Shown: positions 39,040-51,360 of the stretch, in pieces
Position numbering within the stretch: position 1 is the stretch's first letter
Layout: each line of letters opens with the position of its first letter
Source: Euprymna scolopes
Lineage: Eukaryota
Strand: one strand, 5' to 3'
Length of the DNA stretch: 64,000 bases
Assembly: GCA_053919585.1 (NCBI GenBank)
Contig: CM132804.1
Translations under genes and position numbers: made by a program
The notes under the pieces: model-generated
Seen by the model: the letters and a program-made list of their open reading frames with translations, nothing else
Told to the model about the DNA's origin: nothing
Database searches by the model: none

Positions 39040-39632
39040 TTGCTCATCCAATCATAAGAAAGTAAAAAAAAAAAAAAAAACTGCCCCACAAACTGTGACT
39101 CCTTGCTCATCCAATCATAAGAAAAGAAAAAATAAAAAAAAATGCCCCCCAAACTGTGACTCCTTGCTCATCCAATCATAAGAAAATAAAAAAAAAAATG
39201 CCCCACAAACTGTGACTCCTTGCTCATCCAATCATAAGAAAATAAAAAAATAAAAAAAATGCCCCACAAACTGTGACTCCTTGCTCATCCAATCATAAGA
39301 AAATAAAAAAATAAAAAAAATGCCCCACAAACTGTGACTCCTTGCTCATCCAATCATAGGAAAATAAAAAAATAAAAAAAATGCCCCCCAAACTGTGACT
39401 CCTTGCTCATCCAATCATAAGAAAGTAAAAAAAAAATGCCCCACAAACTGTGACTCGTTGCTCATCCAATCGTCAAAAAGTAAAAAAAAAAAAAAAGAAT
39501 GCCCCACAAACTGTGACTCCTTGCTCATCACATCATAAGAAAATAATAATAATAAAAAAAATGCCCCACAAACTGACTCCTTGCTCATCCAATCATAAGA
39601 AAGTAAAAAAAAAAAATGCCCCACAAACTGTG
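39040..39632. repeat. About 60-bp minisatellite, about 10 copies (CCTTGCTCATCCAATCATAAG-An-TGCCCCACAAACTGTGACT)
   Basis: Visible tandem units with a variable A-tract. Confidence 0.95.
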
Positions 39633-40073
39633 AGTGACTCACAAAACTTGACTCAAGCAAAATTTATCATACTCGCTACTAATTATGGGATTTGAAGAAT
39701 AGGAATATAAAAGAAAGATGGCATTAAAAATATGAACAAACTTTTTGGCCAAAAATTAATTCTCATCAAATATTGAAACATGCTAATTTGAAATATGATG
39801 CTGCATCATATTTAAACTCAACATCTTTTTATCAAACAAGGATTTTCATTGCTTGTTCAATCATAAGAAACTGATTGAATCACAAAACTTACCTCAAGTA
39901 CGATTTATCATATTCGCTACACCAAATAGAATTAGAACATAAACCGATCTATTCAAAAATTGTTAGTGTCGAAAAAACTGACACTAACAAAATAACAAAC
40001 GTTTTGGCAACTAAATATTTTTTGTTTCACACTCTAGTGCTTTCACTATAGATTTGAAAATTGTCCGTTTTAC

Positions 40074-40262
40074 CTTGAGGAAAATGTTCAGATCGTGTTG
40101 TTGAGTGTGCAGAGCAATGTCCGTGTGAAGGTAACGCAATATGGCCATGCAAACATACACTTGGTAGTCGAGGCCAAGCACGCAGCATACGCAGATGTAG
40201 TGCACGATATCGGGCCAGTCCAAATAGTTCCAAAACGCCTGCAGCAGCCATTGCTGACAAAT
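40074..40262 (-). CDS. TBC1D32: TBC1D32 exon: ICQQWLLQAFWNYLDWPDIVHYICVCCVLGLDYQVYVCMAILRYLHTDIALHTQQHDLNIFLK
   Basis: tttttcag acceptor, GTAAAA donor, 189 nt. Highly similar to the BROMI TBC-like segment QCFWNYLDW...GPDYQVYICIA...DLQVFLK. Confidence 0.97.
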
Positions 40263-40646
40263 CTGAAAAAGATAAGAAAAATGACACGTGATTATTTATT
40301 CAAGCAAAAATATTAGACAGAACTTATTAAACTTAACGAATTCTTGCGGCTTGCAACGCATGAGTTAGAGTACAATACCATCATTTTCAATCTGAAGCCA
40401 GATCCACAGCATCTCTCGAGTTTCTTCTTGTTGCAATCAAATCTCTCTCGATTGTCTGTTTCTAGTTTATTTTTTTCCATAAGTGGTCAATTGGAGCATT
40501 TGATTGACTAGGGTCAATCTTAGAGTATGTCTGATCCTGCCTGCTGGTTAGTGCAATCTCTGACTTCTTGGTTGATAATTTTATCACTTCATTTGATCCA
40601 AAAAAAACTTTAGAATCAAACGCATCGAATAATTAATAATAAATGA

Positions 40647-41292
40647 ACAACAGAAGAATATTTGGTAAAACTTGTCGAGAGCATCTGTTTTCAGGTTGTT
40701 TTGAAAATGGAAATTTAAATTTTATTCCATTTTAATCTTTCTTTTTTAAATTATGCGTGCACCAACAAAATCAAAAATTTACCGTTCACATTCGAAATGT
40801 CAACTTTTAAAGGTTTTTGGGTATGCCAACAAGGTTGGGGGTGGTTATTCTGAAAGCCGTTCTTAACATGGGGAGTTTGGGAGTGTCTATTCCGAAAACC
40901 ATTCTTAACATGGTGGAGTTGGGGGGGGGATGTGTATTCCTTAAACCGTTCTTAATATGAGGAGGTTGTAGGCGTTTCTTCCGACAGCTGTTTTTCGTTG
41001 TTAGCCTAAACCTATAAAAGTCGACATTTCGAATACGAATGGTGAGTTGGAATCAATGTAAAAAAAATATCAAAGATTTTAACAAAAACTGACTTTGTCA
41101 TTTTTTGTTAATAAAATTTAATTTTCTTTTTTTTTAGATTGTTGAATTTTATTTTATCGATTACTTTTGATTGTATTGGCGCATGTGCAAGAAAAAAATA
41201 AAACGGAACAAAATTTTAATTTCCGTTCCATTTTCCAAACAACTCCAAAACAGAACGCTCTCAACAAGTTTTACCAAACGTTTTTCGCTTGT
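40647..41292. mobile_element. Fold-back element with about 190-bp imperfect TIRs and three internal subrepeats
   Basis: tttggtaaaacttgt...acaagttttaccaaa, with inner ttcgaaatgtcaactttta/taaaagtcgacatttcgaa. Confidence 0.75.
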
Positions 41293-41484
41293 ATATATGA
41301 TAAGTGAACATATACTACAATAGATACCCAAAAGTTGGAGGTAATACCTGGGAGGATTGTATTATGATAACATATACTACACTAGCACTCCCATGTTTTA
41401 TCAAAGCAGGACTCACTTTATGTAAGCTGAACTGGCTTCCTCCAAAGGAGAAAAAAAATTTTTTTTTTTTTTTTTAATTTTTTT

Positions 41485-42232
41485 TTATTACATTTTTACC
41501 CCAAACAAGACAAATTGCCACTTTGGTGTAGGGGGCTACTATCAGGGGCAACAACTACTGGGGTACTATGTAGGGATTTGGGCAGCAAGATGTCGATTCA
41601 CGTTACACTTGAACTTCTGCACGTCAGTACTGTTGGGGAAGCAGGGACCTGGAATGGAATTCCAGAGTCTAGCGGTTCTGGGGAAGAAACTATTGGAGTA
41701 AAAAGATCTTTTACATCTAGGGATCTCTACAGTGTAGGGGTGGGATTTAGCAGCCAGTCGGGTTTGTCGAGGGTGCTCACGTCGTGGGGGCACAAGTGCT
41801 TGCAGTTCGTCAGAGTATTCATCACTAAAATACTTGTAGAACAGGCAGAGGGATGCAACATTTCGTCGATGGGACAGAGGCTGAAGCTTAGATGCCAGTT
41901 CAGGGCCTATCAGGTTTACGACTCTCTTTTGAACCTTGTCAAGGAGCGAGAGACTAGTAGCAGATGCACCAGCCCAGATGTGACAGCAATACTCCATTCA
42001 TGGGCGAATGGTGGCCTTATAGAGGTACAGGATACTTTCGGGTGTTAGTAGTTTTCTAGCATGGTAGAGAGAGCCCACCTTTTTTGCAGTGGCCCTGGCA
42101 ATGCCTTCAATGTAATTGTTCCAACTCATGTTTTCTGTGAACGTTAGGCTAAGGAGTTTGAAAGATGTACTCTCAGATAAAGAGTCGTTGGCCATTGCTA
42201 TAGGTAGTAGAGAGGGTTTCTTGTAATTATTT
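41485..42232 (-). mobile_element. CR1/jockey-like LINE 3' fragment (family A, best preserved copy)
   Basis: ORFs 41998..42195 and 41566..41997: LYKATIRP*MEYCCHIWAGAS...RTARLWNSIP. Poly-A end. Confidence 0.92.
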
Positions 42233-42444
42233 CATGGGAATACCAAATTCACAAGTGTTTTTCACTTGCTTGCATATTCCGGTTAGGGTAAATGACAACT
42301 TTAGGGTTAGTAGTCCTCTCTCTCTCTATATATATATATTTTCCACGGTCAAACATTGCAGACCACAAATTCCATGGTTGGATTTCGTCGCAGTTTACTT
42401 GATCTGTGTTAGTTAATAGACTTTCTTGTGTGCGTCACATTTAC

Positions 42445-42600
42445 TTATGTAGCAGGATATTCACCTTGCATGCCAAAGGCTCGGGTTTTAAATTCCGAGT
42501 TCGGTTATGTCTAACTGATGAACCCAAATGAGTATGAAACTCGAGTCTTCGACTTCTGGTTTGTTGGCTGTCATGGCTATTGTGAGCTGCGACATTGTTT
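42445..42600 (+). mobile_element. tRNA-headed SINE-like repeat with a hammerhead-like core
   Basis: Degenerate tRNA-like head followed by CTGATGA-acccaaatgagtat-GAAACTCGAGTC (42515-42547). Confidence 0.55.
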
Positions 42601-42733
42601 TACTGGAAATAATTTTATAATCTCTCATATTCTGAAAATATATATATATATAGTGGAAATGGTAATTAATAAAAACTGAAGAAAGTGCTCAATACCGTTG
42701 TAGAGCAGATATGCGTTTTATTTTTTAATAAAA

Positions 42734-42776
<43 letters not shown>

Positions 42777-44479
42777 CATTAGCTCCCCTAGTGAGGAAGT
42801 AATGTCTGAGAGGATGGTATCATGACCTTGCTACCCCCTCCCCTGAAAAAAAAAAAAAAAAGGGAAGAGATAATGCCTATGAAGATGGTATTATGACAAC
42901 AGAACAGATACACTACCCCATCCCCGCCCGAACTGGACACTGAAAAATAATATATCTATTTGAAATAGTAAACTGAATTGAGTATTACATGATAGTAATA
43001 GTATAGTTTCGGCTTCAGATGTGGAAGTAATAGTATTGACTACAGGCAGACAGATACCCAATCTCCATTAATAATAGATACCATGAAAAAAATACTGGAA
43101 GTTTCTAGAGGAATCTCTTTCTCTTTTCTTCAGAGACTTTTTGGATGTAAAATACATTCAAATACAAAAATAAAAAAAAAAGAAAATCATAATTTGAACA
43201 CAAGACATCCACATAGGATTCGTCTTTTTTACTTCCCTCTCTCATAGTTGACTGACGGACACTTGTTGAATTTGATATTCCCAGGAAACTTTCTTCTTTA
43301 GAAGAAGCTGATTCAACCCACCTAGGGTGAGTACTGCTTCAATACAATCCACGTACTATGCTAGCCCTCCCCCTTGTATCGTTGTCATGATACAATCCTA
43401 CCAGGTATGAGTTGCCATGCAGAACAGGTAAGAACTCCGCAGCATTTAATCAGCTCTGCAAGGTCTGGAGAAACCAAAAATTTACCTTCAGATCTAAACA
43501 CAACATCTTATTCACACTGTTTAATGGAAGTGAAAGTTTGCATCTTGAAATCAGTCGAAGAAATTAGACACGTTTCATTTCAAGTGCCTTGGATAGTTTC
43601 AAGGGATCAAATGGAATGAATGAATTATCAATCAAGAAATCACAGATTACAGTAACCAACAGGTGGTATCCTGAATAATCTGCAAATGGTCATCTGGATT
43701 GGTTTGGACAGACCTTAAGATTGGCTCCAAACAAGTGCTAACATGAACCCTTGATAGAAAAAGAAGGAGAAGAGGGAGAGGGAGACAAAAAATGAACTGA
43801 AAATAGAGAATTGAGAAAAATTTGATTGCAACAGGAAGAAACTGCTGTGAATTTGACTCGTGCGTTGCAGGACACGAGAGTTCTTAAGACTAAGTGAGTC
43901 TATCTCCTTTCTTGGTCATAACGTCTAACTAAAAATATAATCTGATGGCATATTTTCAGAGCAAACAGTTTGACGTGAAATAAAAGTCTATCAGAAACAT
44001 CTTTATTTTTATAGTTCACAGGTTTATTTACATTGCCAGAAAATAGAAGTGAATGGTGGCTGTTTAAGTATCCCTACCTCTCCTCATGCTTGGGGATGGA
44101 AAAGGGGTGTATCTTCTGACAGTCAAGATATGTCTACTGCAGGGAAAATGCATCAGAAAGAGAAAGGAAGCAGAAATGATCTCTTCTGGCTGTGATGTTA
44201 TTTTCTTAGATTTGGTCGCGCACAATGGCCAAATGAAGAGTGGACAGTTCACTTTTATCGATTGTAGAAGTTATAATGAACAGAATCCTGGCATTATTTG
44301 GATTCTTCAGACTACTGTTCTCATCTTGAGTGTTATTTCAGATGTATGTTATCGACTTCAGAAATGTTCCACAAGGAGCCATGGCATAGTGGATAAAAGT
44401 ATTTGGTGAAATTCAGTTTGGAGGTTAATAACAGGCACAAGGAGAAATTAATTAAACACATATCTAAGGAAATGGCAGA

Positions 44480-45260
44480 AACACTAGAGGATGACCTCAT
44501 ATCTGTAGTGGAATGGAGACAAAAATGGATGGTCACATTCAATGTTGCCAAGACTAAGCTTGTTTCCTTCAATAATTACAAGAAACCTTCTCAACCACCA
44601 ATAGCAATGGCTAAAAACACATTACCTGAAAGTACTTCCTTTAAACTCCTCGGCCTAACGTTCACAAGGAACATGAATTGGAACAGATACATTGAGCGTT
44701 GCCAAGGCTGCTGCAAAGGTGGGTTGTCTCTACCGTGCTAGAAAGTTACTTATGCCTGAAAGTATCCTGTGTCTCGGAGTACTGTTGTCATATTTGGGCT
44801 AGTGCATCTGCTACTAGTCTCTCACTCCTGGACAGGGTTCAAAAGAGTCGCCAACCTGATGGGTCCTGAACTGTCATCTAAGTTTCAGGCTCTGTCCCAT
44901 CGACGAAATGTTGCATCTCTCTGCCTGTTCTACAAGTATTTAAATGGTGAATGCTCTGATGAACTACAAGCACTTGTGCCCCCTCGACAAGCAGCTAAAT
45001 CTCATCCCTACACAGTAGAGATCCCTAGGTGTAAGAAATCCTTCTACTCCAATAGTTTCTTCCCCAGAACTGCTAGACTTTGGAACTTCCCTTCCGGTAT
45101 TCTGCTTTCCCAACTGTACTGACATGCAGAAGTTCAAGTGTAATGTGAACAGACATCTTATGCGCCTTTCCCTTCATAATATCCCTGCAACTTATGTGCC
45201 CGACAGTAGCCCCCTACTTCAAAGTGGCACTTGTTTGGAGCGAAAATTGGAAAAAAAAAA
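44480..45260 (+). mobile_element. CR1/jockey-like LINE fragment (family A); others at 25390-25610, 53545-54145 (-), 56323-57010
   Basis: W.QKWMVTFNVAKTKL...LLGLTF...SHRRNVASLCLFYKY, with frameshifts. Confidence 0.9.
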
Positions 45261-45551
45261 AGGGTTGAAGGTGTGCAACACTTAAAACACAATGATGAAT
45301 TACTTAGGACTTTTACCCAGTCACGATTGACGGAACGAGAGCATGCTGCTTTCATGGATTAAATAAAGAATTACGTCCAGAATTCTGTGCTGATTCCCAA
45401 GAATGTCAGAGTGAAGAAAACTATGAAAATAAAACTGAAGATGAGAACAGCAGTTCAAAGAATCCAAATAATATGAAGAATCTTTGCAATTGTGGAGGGG
45501 CGGGGGGGGGGGCGACTGCCTCATTATACAATAGTAATCTGCTTTACCAAC

Positions 45552-45692
45552 CTGTGCTGCAGAGAATCCAGACATCCTAAAAGCCGAAGCTACAAGGGGT
45601 AGTTCTATTTGCAGAAGTAAGTCCACCAGGTAGGCTGTCGTTGAGTAAAGCAATGGAGTAGTGATCAATTTTTGTTTCGGTAAATGAGAAAT
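45552..45692 (-). CDS. TBC1D32: TBC1D32 exon: ISHLPKQKLITTPLLYSTTAYLVDLLLQIELPLVASAFRMSGFSAAQ
   Basis: ttttaaag acceptor, GTTGGT donor, 141 nt, phase 0/0. Matches ELPLVFSAFHMSGFAPSQ. Confidence 0.95.
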
Positions 45693-45943
45693 CTTTAAAA
45701 TAGGAAAAAAAAAAAAAAAAAGATTTGATTATTGTGAAAAAGCAAAACATTCCAAGAATGGATCAATTGGTTAAATGAAACTGTTTCTTTTTTTGACTCC
45801 CACTTTCTGTTGTGCAAAAGTTGTTAAATTTACAATAAAAATTTTAAATTAGTTTCTTATAAAATAAACCTAAATACATACATTTGAAATTGGACTATTA
45901 TCAATATTATCTAAGACAATAAATATAAATCATTTATAAATAA

Positions 45944-46920
45944 TCTATATATCTATAAAAGTGGGAATGTGTATATGTGTGTGTGAGATGACACTTCTCA
46001 ACCTATATACTCAATGAAGTTTTGATCTACAGACTTCAAAGTTGGTATATAGGATAATCAGATATGTGGAAAACTTTTTAATCAGTCTTCATCCAGAAAA
46101 ACCTGAGATTTGGGAAAATCGATGTGATCGGTTTTCGTCCGGAAATTTGGCGATTAAGGGGTACAAAGTTCAACGATTTGACCTTTGAGAACTCTACCAA
46201 ACTCCTCCGACAATTTTGGGTCTAAACACTTGAAATTTTAGATATAGGTTCCTTGGACATGGATCTAACTTAATAACTTGATTTGAGCCCAAAACAAATT
46301 TTAAGGGGTCATAATAGGGGTCAAAGTTTTAAAAATTGACCACTTTTTTATTTTTTGCTCAACCTACACCTCCAAATACCCGGGCAACACCGGGCATTCA
46401 TGCTAGTAATCTATATATCTATAAAAGTGGGAATGTGTGTGTGAGAGAGATGACACTTCTCAACCTATATACTCAATGAAGTTTTGATCTACAGACTTCA
46501 AAGTTGGTATATAGGATAATCAGATATGTGGAAAACTTTTTAATCAGTCTTCATCCAGAAAAAAAACGGCTGCTAAGGGGTCCAAATTGAAAAACTAATA
46601 CGTGGGGGTCGTCAGATTTTTATCTGTTTGCTAACTTTTTCATGAATACAGATGCATGAATGGTTCACAGATTAATTATGTAAAAAATAAGTAGGGTTGA
46701 AAATATTTTTTAAAGACTGGCCTAATGGTTATCGTACTTGACTCATTGTCTTTAGTTTTTGGTCTCGATCTCAGCTCGAATATTTTTTTTTTTCTTTTTA
46801 CTTACAGGAAGTGAACTGTTTAGAAAGAACATAATACTTGCATGCGCGTCTCAGTTTCTATATGAATTAAAATATATTGATGCATATTTTACGACTGGGC
46901 AATACCGGGCCGTCTGTTAG
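45944..46920 (+). mobile_element. Two head-to-tail non-autonomous Helitrons (45944-46406, 46410-46920)
   Basis: Each starts TCTATATATCTATAAAAGTGGG and ends with a hairpin plus CTAG/TTAG. Confidence 0.85.
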
Positions 46921-48076
46921 TAAATTAATAAAGTATTATATAAAATATTTTTTTATGTTAATTATAACAACATGACTGCAGTATAGTAATATATTAGTAT
47001 GGCATTGGTAACTATACATTGGAATTCAAAGATGGTATAACTAAAAGAAAACACAATTGTAACTTCGCTTCTGATTTTCAGATTTTGTAATCATGCCCGT
47101 ATTCCCTTTTTTCTTTTTTTTAAGTTAATGAGTTCCTATTCTTCTGATGTGTGAGGGAAGAATAGATTAAAAAATTGAAATAATTATACTTCTGTGCTAC
47201 GAAACAGGTGCTGTCAAGAATTGTGGAAAGAAATAAAAGGTAAGATGGCCAACATTTTGAAAAATAAAAGGATTGGTATAAATAAAAAGTGAAAGATAAT
47301 TGAATAAGCATATTTTTTTCCATAGTAATATCTAGTAATATCTAGTAAGTAATAAATAATGATATTTACAACTAGAAATAAAATAGGCATAAAGTTCCCA
47401 AAATTTGTACTACAACTGTCTGCAAGATAAGTAATTTTACCCGTCCTATGATGAGTATTGTTTTAGTTNNNNNNNNNNNNNNNNNNNNNNNNNNNNNNNN
47501 NNNNNNNNNNNNNNNNNNNNNNNNNNNNNNNNNNNNNNNNNNNNNNNNNNNNNNNNNNNNNNNNNNNNNNNNNNNNNNNNNNNNNNNNNNNNNNNNNNNN
47601 NNNNNNNNNNNNNNNNNNNNNNNNNNNNNNNNNNNNNNNNNNNNNNNNNNNNNNNNNNNNNNNNNNNNNNNNNNNNNNNNNNNNNNNNNNNNNNNNNNNN
47701 NNNNNNNNNNNNNNNNNNNNNNNNNNNNNNNNNNNNNNNNNNNNNNNNNNNNNNNNNNNNNNNNNNNNNNNNNNNNNNNNNNNNNNNNNNNNNNNNNNNN
47801 NNNNNNNNNNNNNNNNNNNNNNNNNNNNNNNNNNNNNNNNNNNNNNNNNNNNNNNNNNNNNNNNNNNNNTATTACTATAAATCTGAGGAAATCAATGCTT
47901 GTTTTACCTGTTATTCACACAAAATACATGTTAAAATATTCCTTGATTTTGCGATTGCGTTATGTTTTAGAAAAATGTTTATATTTAAAATTAGCCGTAA
48001 TTTTATTCATCAAATCACTTATCTCAAGCTTTGTATAACTTTCACCCTCTCTTATTCACTCGTGTTACTTCTGTTT

Positions 48077-48643
48077 TAGGTGTATCAGAATTTTTGTAGG
48101 AATTTTTGACACTCCTAACACGAAACTGCAAATAAAATATAAAAAACTCGTAATTTCTCTTTTAAAAGTGGGTTGTTTATTTTCTTTATGGATTTTACTT
48201 CCAAAATAAACTATTAAGGTTGTTTAAAAAGTAATAGAAATATTTTTTTTTATTTAAAAAAAAAAACAGTAATGAAATTAATTGAATTTTACGAGCTCAG
48301 TATTTTTCAATTTTTAAACTTTAAAAATCTAGCAAAGTTTTTCTATTAATTCTATTTTTACAATATTTTCAGGGTCAATGTGAAATTTTATGCTCTTCCA
48401 ATAAACCGAATATAATATTTTAGACAAACGTTCTTTTTTAAATTCACCCCCCAGCCCCCCACACATTTTGAAATGTCTATTAAAAAGTAAATCATTAATT
48501 TACTCACCAACGTTTTATATATCACAAACTGAAGATAAAAGATCAATAAATAATATATTCAAATTTAAAACAAAAAAAGAAGTGTTTTTTTTAGAAATTT
48601 ACCTGTAAAGTCCGAAGTTTAAAACCTTTTTTTTTTTAATCAC

Positions 48644-48678
<35 letters not shown>

Positions 48679-48810
48679 GAAACCTTGGTCCTTACTTCTT
48701 TAATTGAAAAACAAATTATGGTTTGAATTACATTTTTCGAGTAGTAATAAGCTTGGAAAGACAGGAGGTCGAATTATTCAACATTTTTCACGAAGTTTCT
48801 GACACACCTA
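48077..48810. mobile_element. Non-autonomous TIR transposon with 9-bp TSD (Mutator-like by TSD length); 3' half also at 20666-21018
   Basis: TAGGTGTATCAGAA...TTCTGACACACCTA. CTTCTGTTT at 48068-48076 and 48811-48819. Confidence 0.82.
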
Positions 48811-50194
48811 CTTCTGTTTATGAACAAAGTTAGCGAAACAAACTATAAATTAGAAGATTATAATAATCCGTTATAAACACTAAGAAAATATCCCCACAAG
48901 TATTAATACTATTTATCCCATATCTGGAGAGAAATACGAGAGATGAGAGACATGTGATAATAGCCCCCCCTGCATTAGTGCATTGCATTGCATTCCTGCA
49001 AGACACTCGCAACGGATACTCGTCATTCTAAAACAACTATCAACAATTTCCCTTACTCTCTATCTGTGGCTAAAACTAAACATAAACGAAGATTTTATTA
49101 GCAGAACCCCCACCCCACACACCTGTTGATTATCACATGGTCGTTTCCCTCTCCTATTTAAAAAAAAAAAAAATACCCATTTTTTTTCAAACAAAAACGG
49201 CTTAAAAACAATGAACGATGAAAGGGAGATAATTCATGATTCAAAGTCGAACAAAGTTATTTCCCTTGAATTTAAGGATTCATTTTTTTTTTTTTTTGCT
49301 TTTTTTTATACCATGAATAATAATATACTTATAAAAGCCCAAGGGCCACTCGAGGATAAAGGTCAAATGAGTGTCGTCTTTTTTTTTTCTTTTTACAAAG
49401 GAGTCACCACTTATCAAGGCCCAGAGGTCACTCGAGGATAAGAGTTAAAGAATGTACTACTGTAGTCAATGGGACAATATCGTAATAATCGCTGGTAGTG
49501 GAAATTTGGTAAAGTGGAACGGCTCATCGAGAACTTGTTTACATTGGACTTGAAGACGACCATATTGTAGTCAGCTGAAAAGCAGGTAAACAGAAGAGAG
49601 TTCCACAGGTGTGCAGTTCTAAGATAGAAGATTTGTTCATGGAATCTATGTTTAGGTTTAGGCACAGATAAAGCATGGGGGAAATTGTTGATAGTGGTTG
49701 TAGCTAGACAAGTGTTTCTCGTGAAAGTTTGGCGAAGGGGGACTATAGATTGGAGCTCAGGCGAGCACTTGATATGAAAACAATGATAAAGCAGAGACAG
49801 GCTTGCAACGTCTCTTCTTGCAGGTTGCAGGAAAGAAAAAAGGACATCCCCCACTAGCCTACGAATTCTATTTTGAACTCTGTCAAGGCAGGATAAGTTC
49901 TTTCTAGCAACTCCTGCCAAGATGTGGCACTAATACTCCATCCTTGGACGTACCTAGCTCTTATATAGATAGAGAATTGCATTGGCAGTGAGGTATCTAC
50001 TGGATCGATAGAAGGATCCCAGCATTTTTCAAGCGATCTTGGCAACGGATTTGATGTATGTGTTCCATTTAAGATCAGGAGTAAAGGTCAAGCCCAGAAG
50101 CTTGTCAAAACATGGAACCTTCCCAAGACGAGAGCCATTCATTTCAACTGATGCCAGATGGGGATCAGAGCGCTGATGATGTAAAGATAGAAGC

Positions 50195-50322
50195 TTTCTG
50201 TCATACTCAAGAATCATTCCGTCAAACTCGGGAATCTTTCTGTCGAACTTTAGAATTTTTTTGTTAAACTCAGGAATCTTTCTGTCAAACTTGGGAATCT
50301 TTCTGTCAAACTCAGGAATCTG
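50195..50322. repeat. 21-bp tandem repeat, about 6 copies
   Basis: ctttctgtcaaactcaggaat units. Confidence 0.85.
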
Positions 50323-50375
50323 CATGAAATTTCAAACGGAACCTTTTATTTACTTCATGCTTTTGTACTGTCAGC

Positions 50376-50929
50376 CATAACTGAATACATAACTGAATAC
50401 ATAACTGAATACATAACCGAATACATAACTGAATACATAACTGAATACATAACTGAATACATAACCGAATACATAACCGAATACATAACTGAATACATAA
50501 CCGAATACATAACCGAATACATAACCGAATACATAACTGAATACATAACCGAATACATAACTGAATACATAACTGAATACATAACTGAATACATAACTGA
50601 ATACATAACCGAATACATAACTGAATACATAACCGAATACATAACCGAATACATAACTGAATACATAACTGAATACATAACTGAATACATAACCGAATAC
50701 ATAACCGAATACATAACCGAATACATAACTGAATACATAACCGAATACATAACTGAATACATAACCGAATACATAACTGAATACATAACCGAATACATAA
50801 CCGAATACATAATTGAATACATAACTGAATACATAACTGAATACATAACCGAATACATAACTGAATACATAACCGAATACATAACCGAATACATAACTGA
50901 ATACATAACTGAATACATAACTGAATACA
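50376..50929. repeat. 12-bp minisatellite CATAACYGAATA, about 46 copies
   Basis: Directly visible, with two alternating variants. Confidence 0.98.
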
Positions 50930-51205
50930 GGTGCTAAGTAAGAGTTTGACAGGAAGATTCCCAAGTTCGACAAGATACAATTGAAGAAAATCGGAGGTTA
51001 CAGATGAGAACAGTAGTCTGAAAAATCCAAATAATACAAATAACGAATCCACATCTCAAAAATTCAGAAACGCAAAACCTGTTTGTTTTTTAAAATAAAA
51101 TAAAATTTTTTAATCTCTTTCCGGTCACTTTTTTAAAAAAATTTTTCACCCCCCCCCCCTTCTTCCGTCCTGGTCTAAGTGTGGATTCAACAATTCCTAA
51201 CTCAC

Positions 51206-51360
51206 CAAAGATGGAAGACATGCCGGCCAGATGAAAGTGGAGATAGGCAAGCATGACAGTTTGGACAACAGTCTCCATGCTTTGTCTTTGTTTCCGTTAT
51301 AAATCAGGAAGATTGTGGCAGAGAACCAATCAAATCCAGGATAATATTCCATCGGAAATT
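51206..51360 (-). CDS. TBC1D32: TBC1D32 exon: FPMEYYPGFDWFSATIFLIYNGNKDKAWRLLSKLSCLPISTFIWPACLPSL
   Basis: ttttctcag acceptor, GTGAGT donor. Matches [21 protein letters not shown]...FLW. Phase 1/0. Confidence 0.93.

Noticed and set aside
41515-42048. 177-aa plus-strand ORF
   Set aside because: Antisense shadow of a LINE fragment.
47448-48038. 196-aa ORF
   Set aside because: Spans the N gap at 47469-47870.
50312-51052. Long ORFs of 246, 200 and 187 aa (LCIQ/YSVM/FSYV repeats)
   Set aside because: Artefacts of a 12-bp repeat lacking stops on the minus strand. No splice signals link them to TBC1D32.
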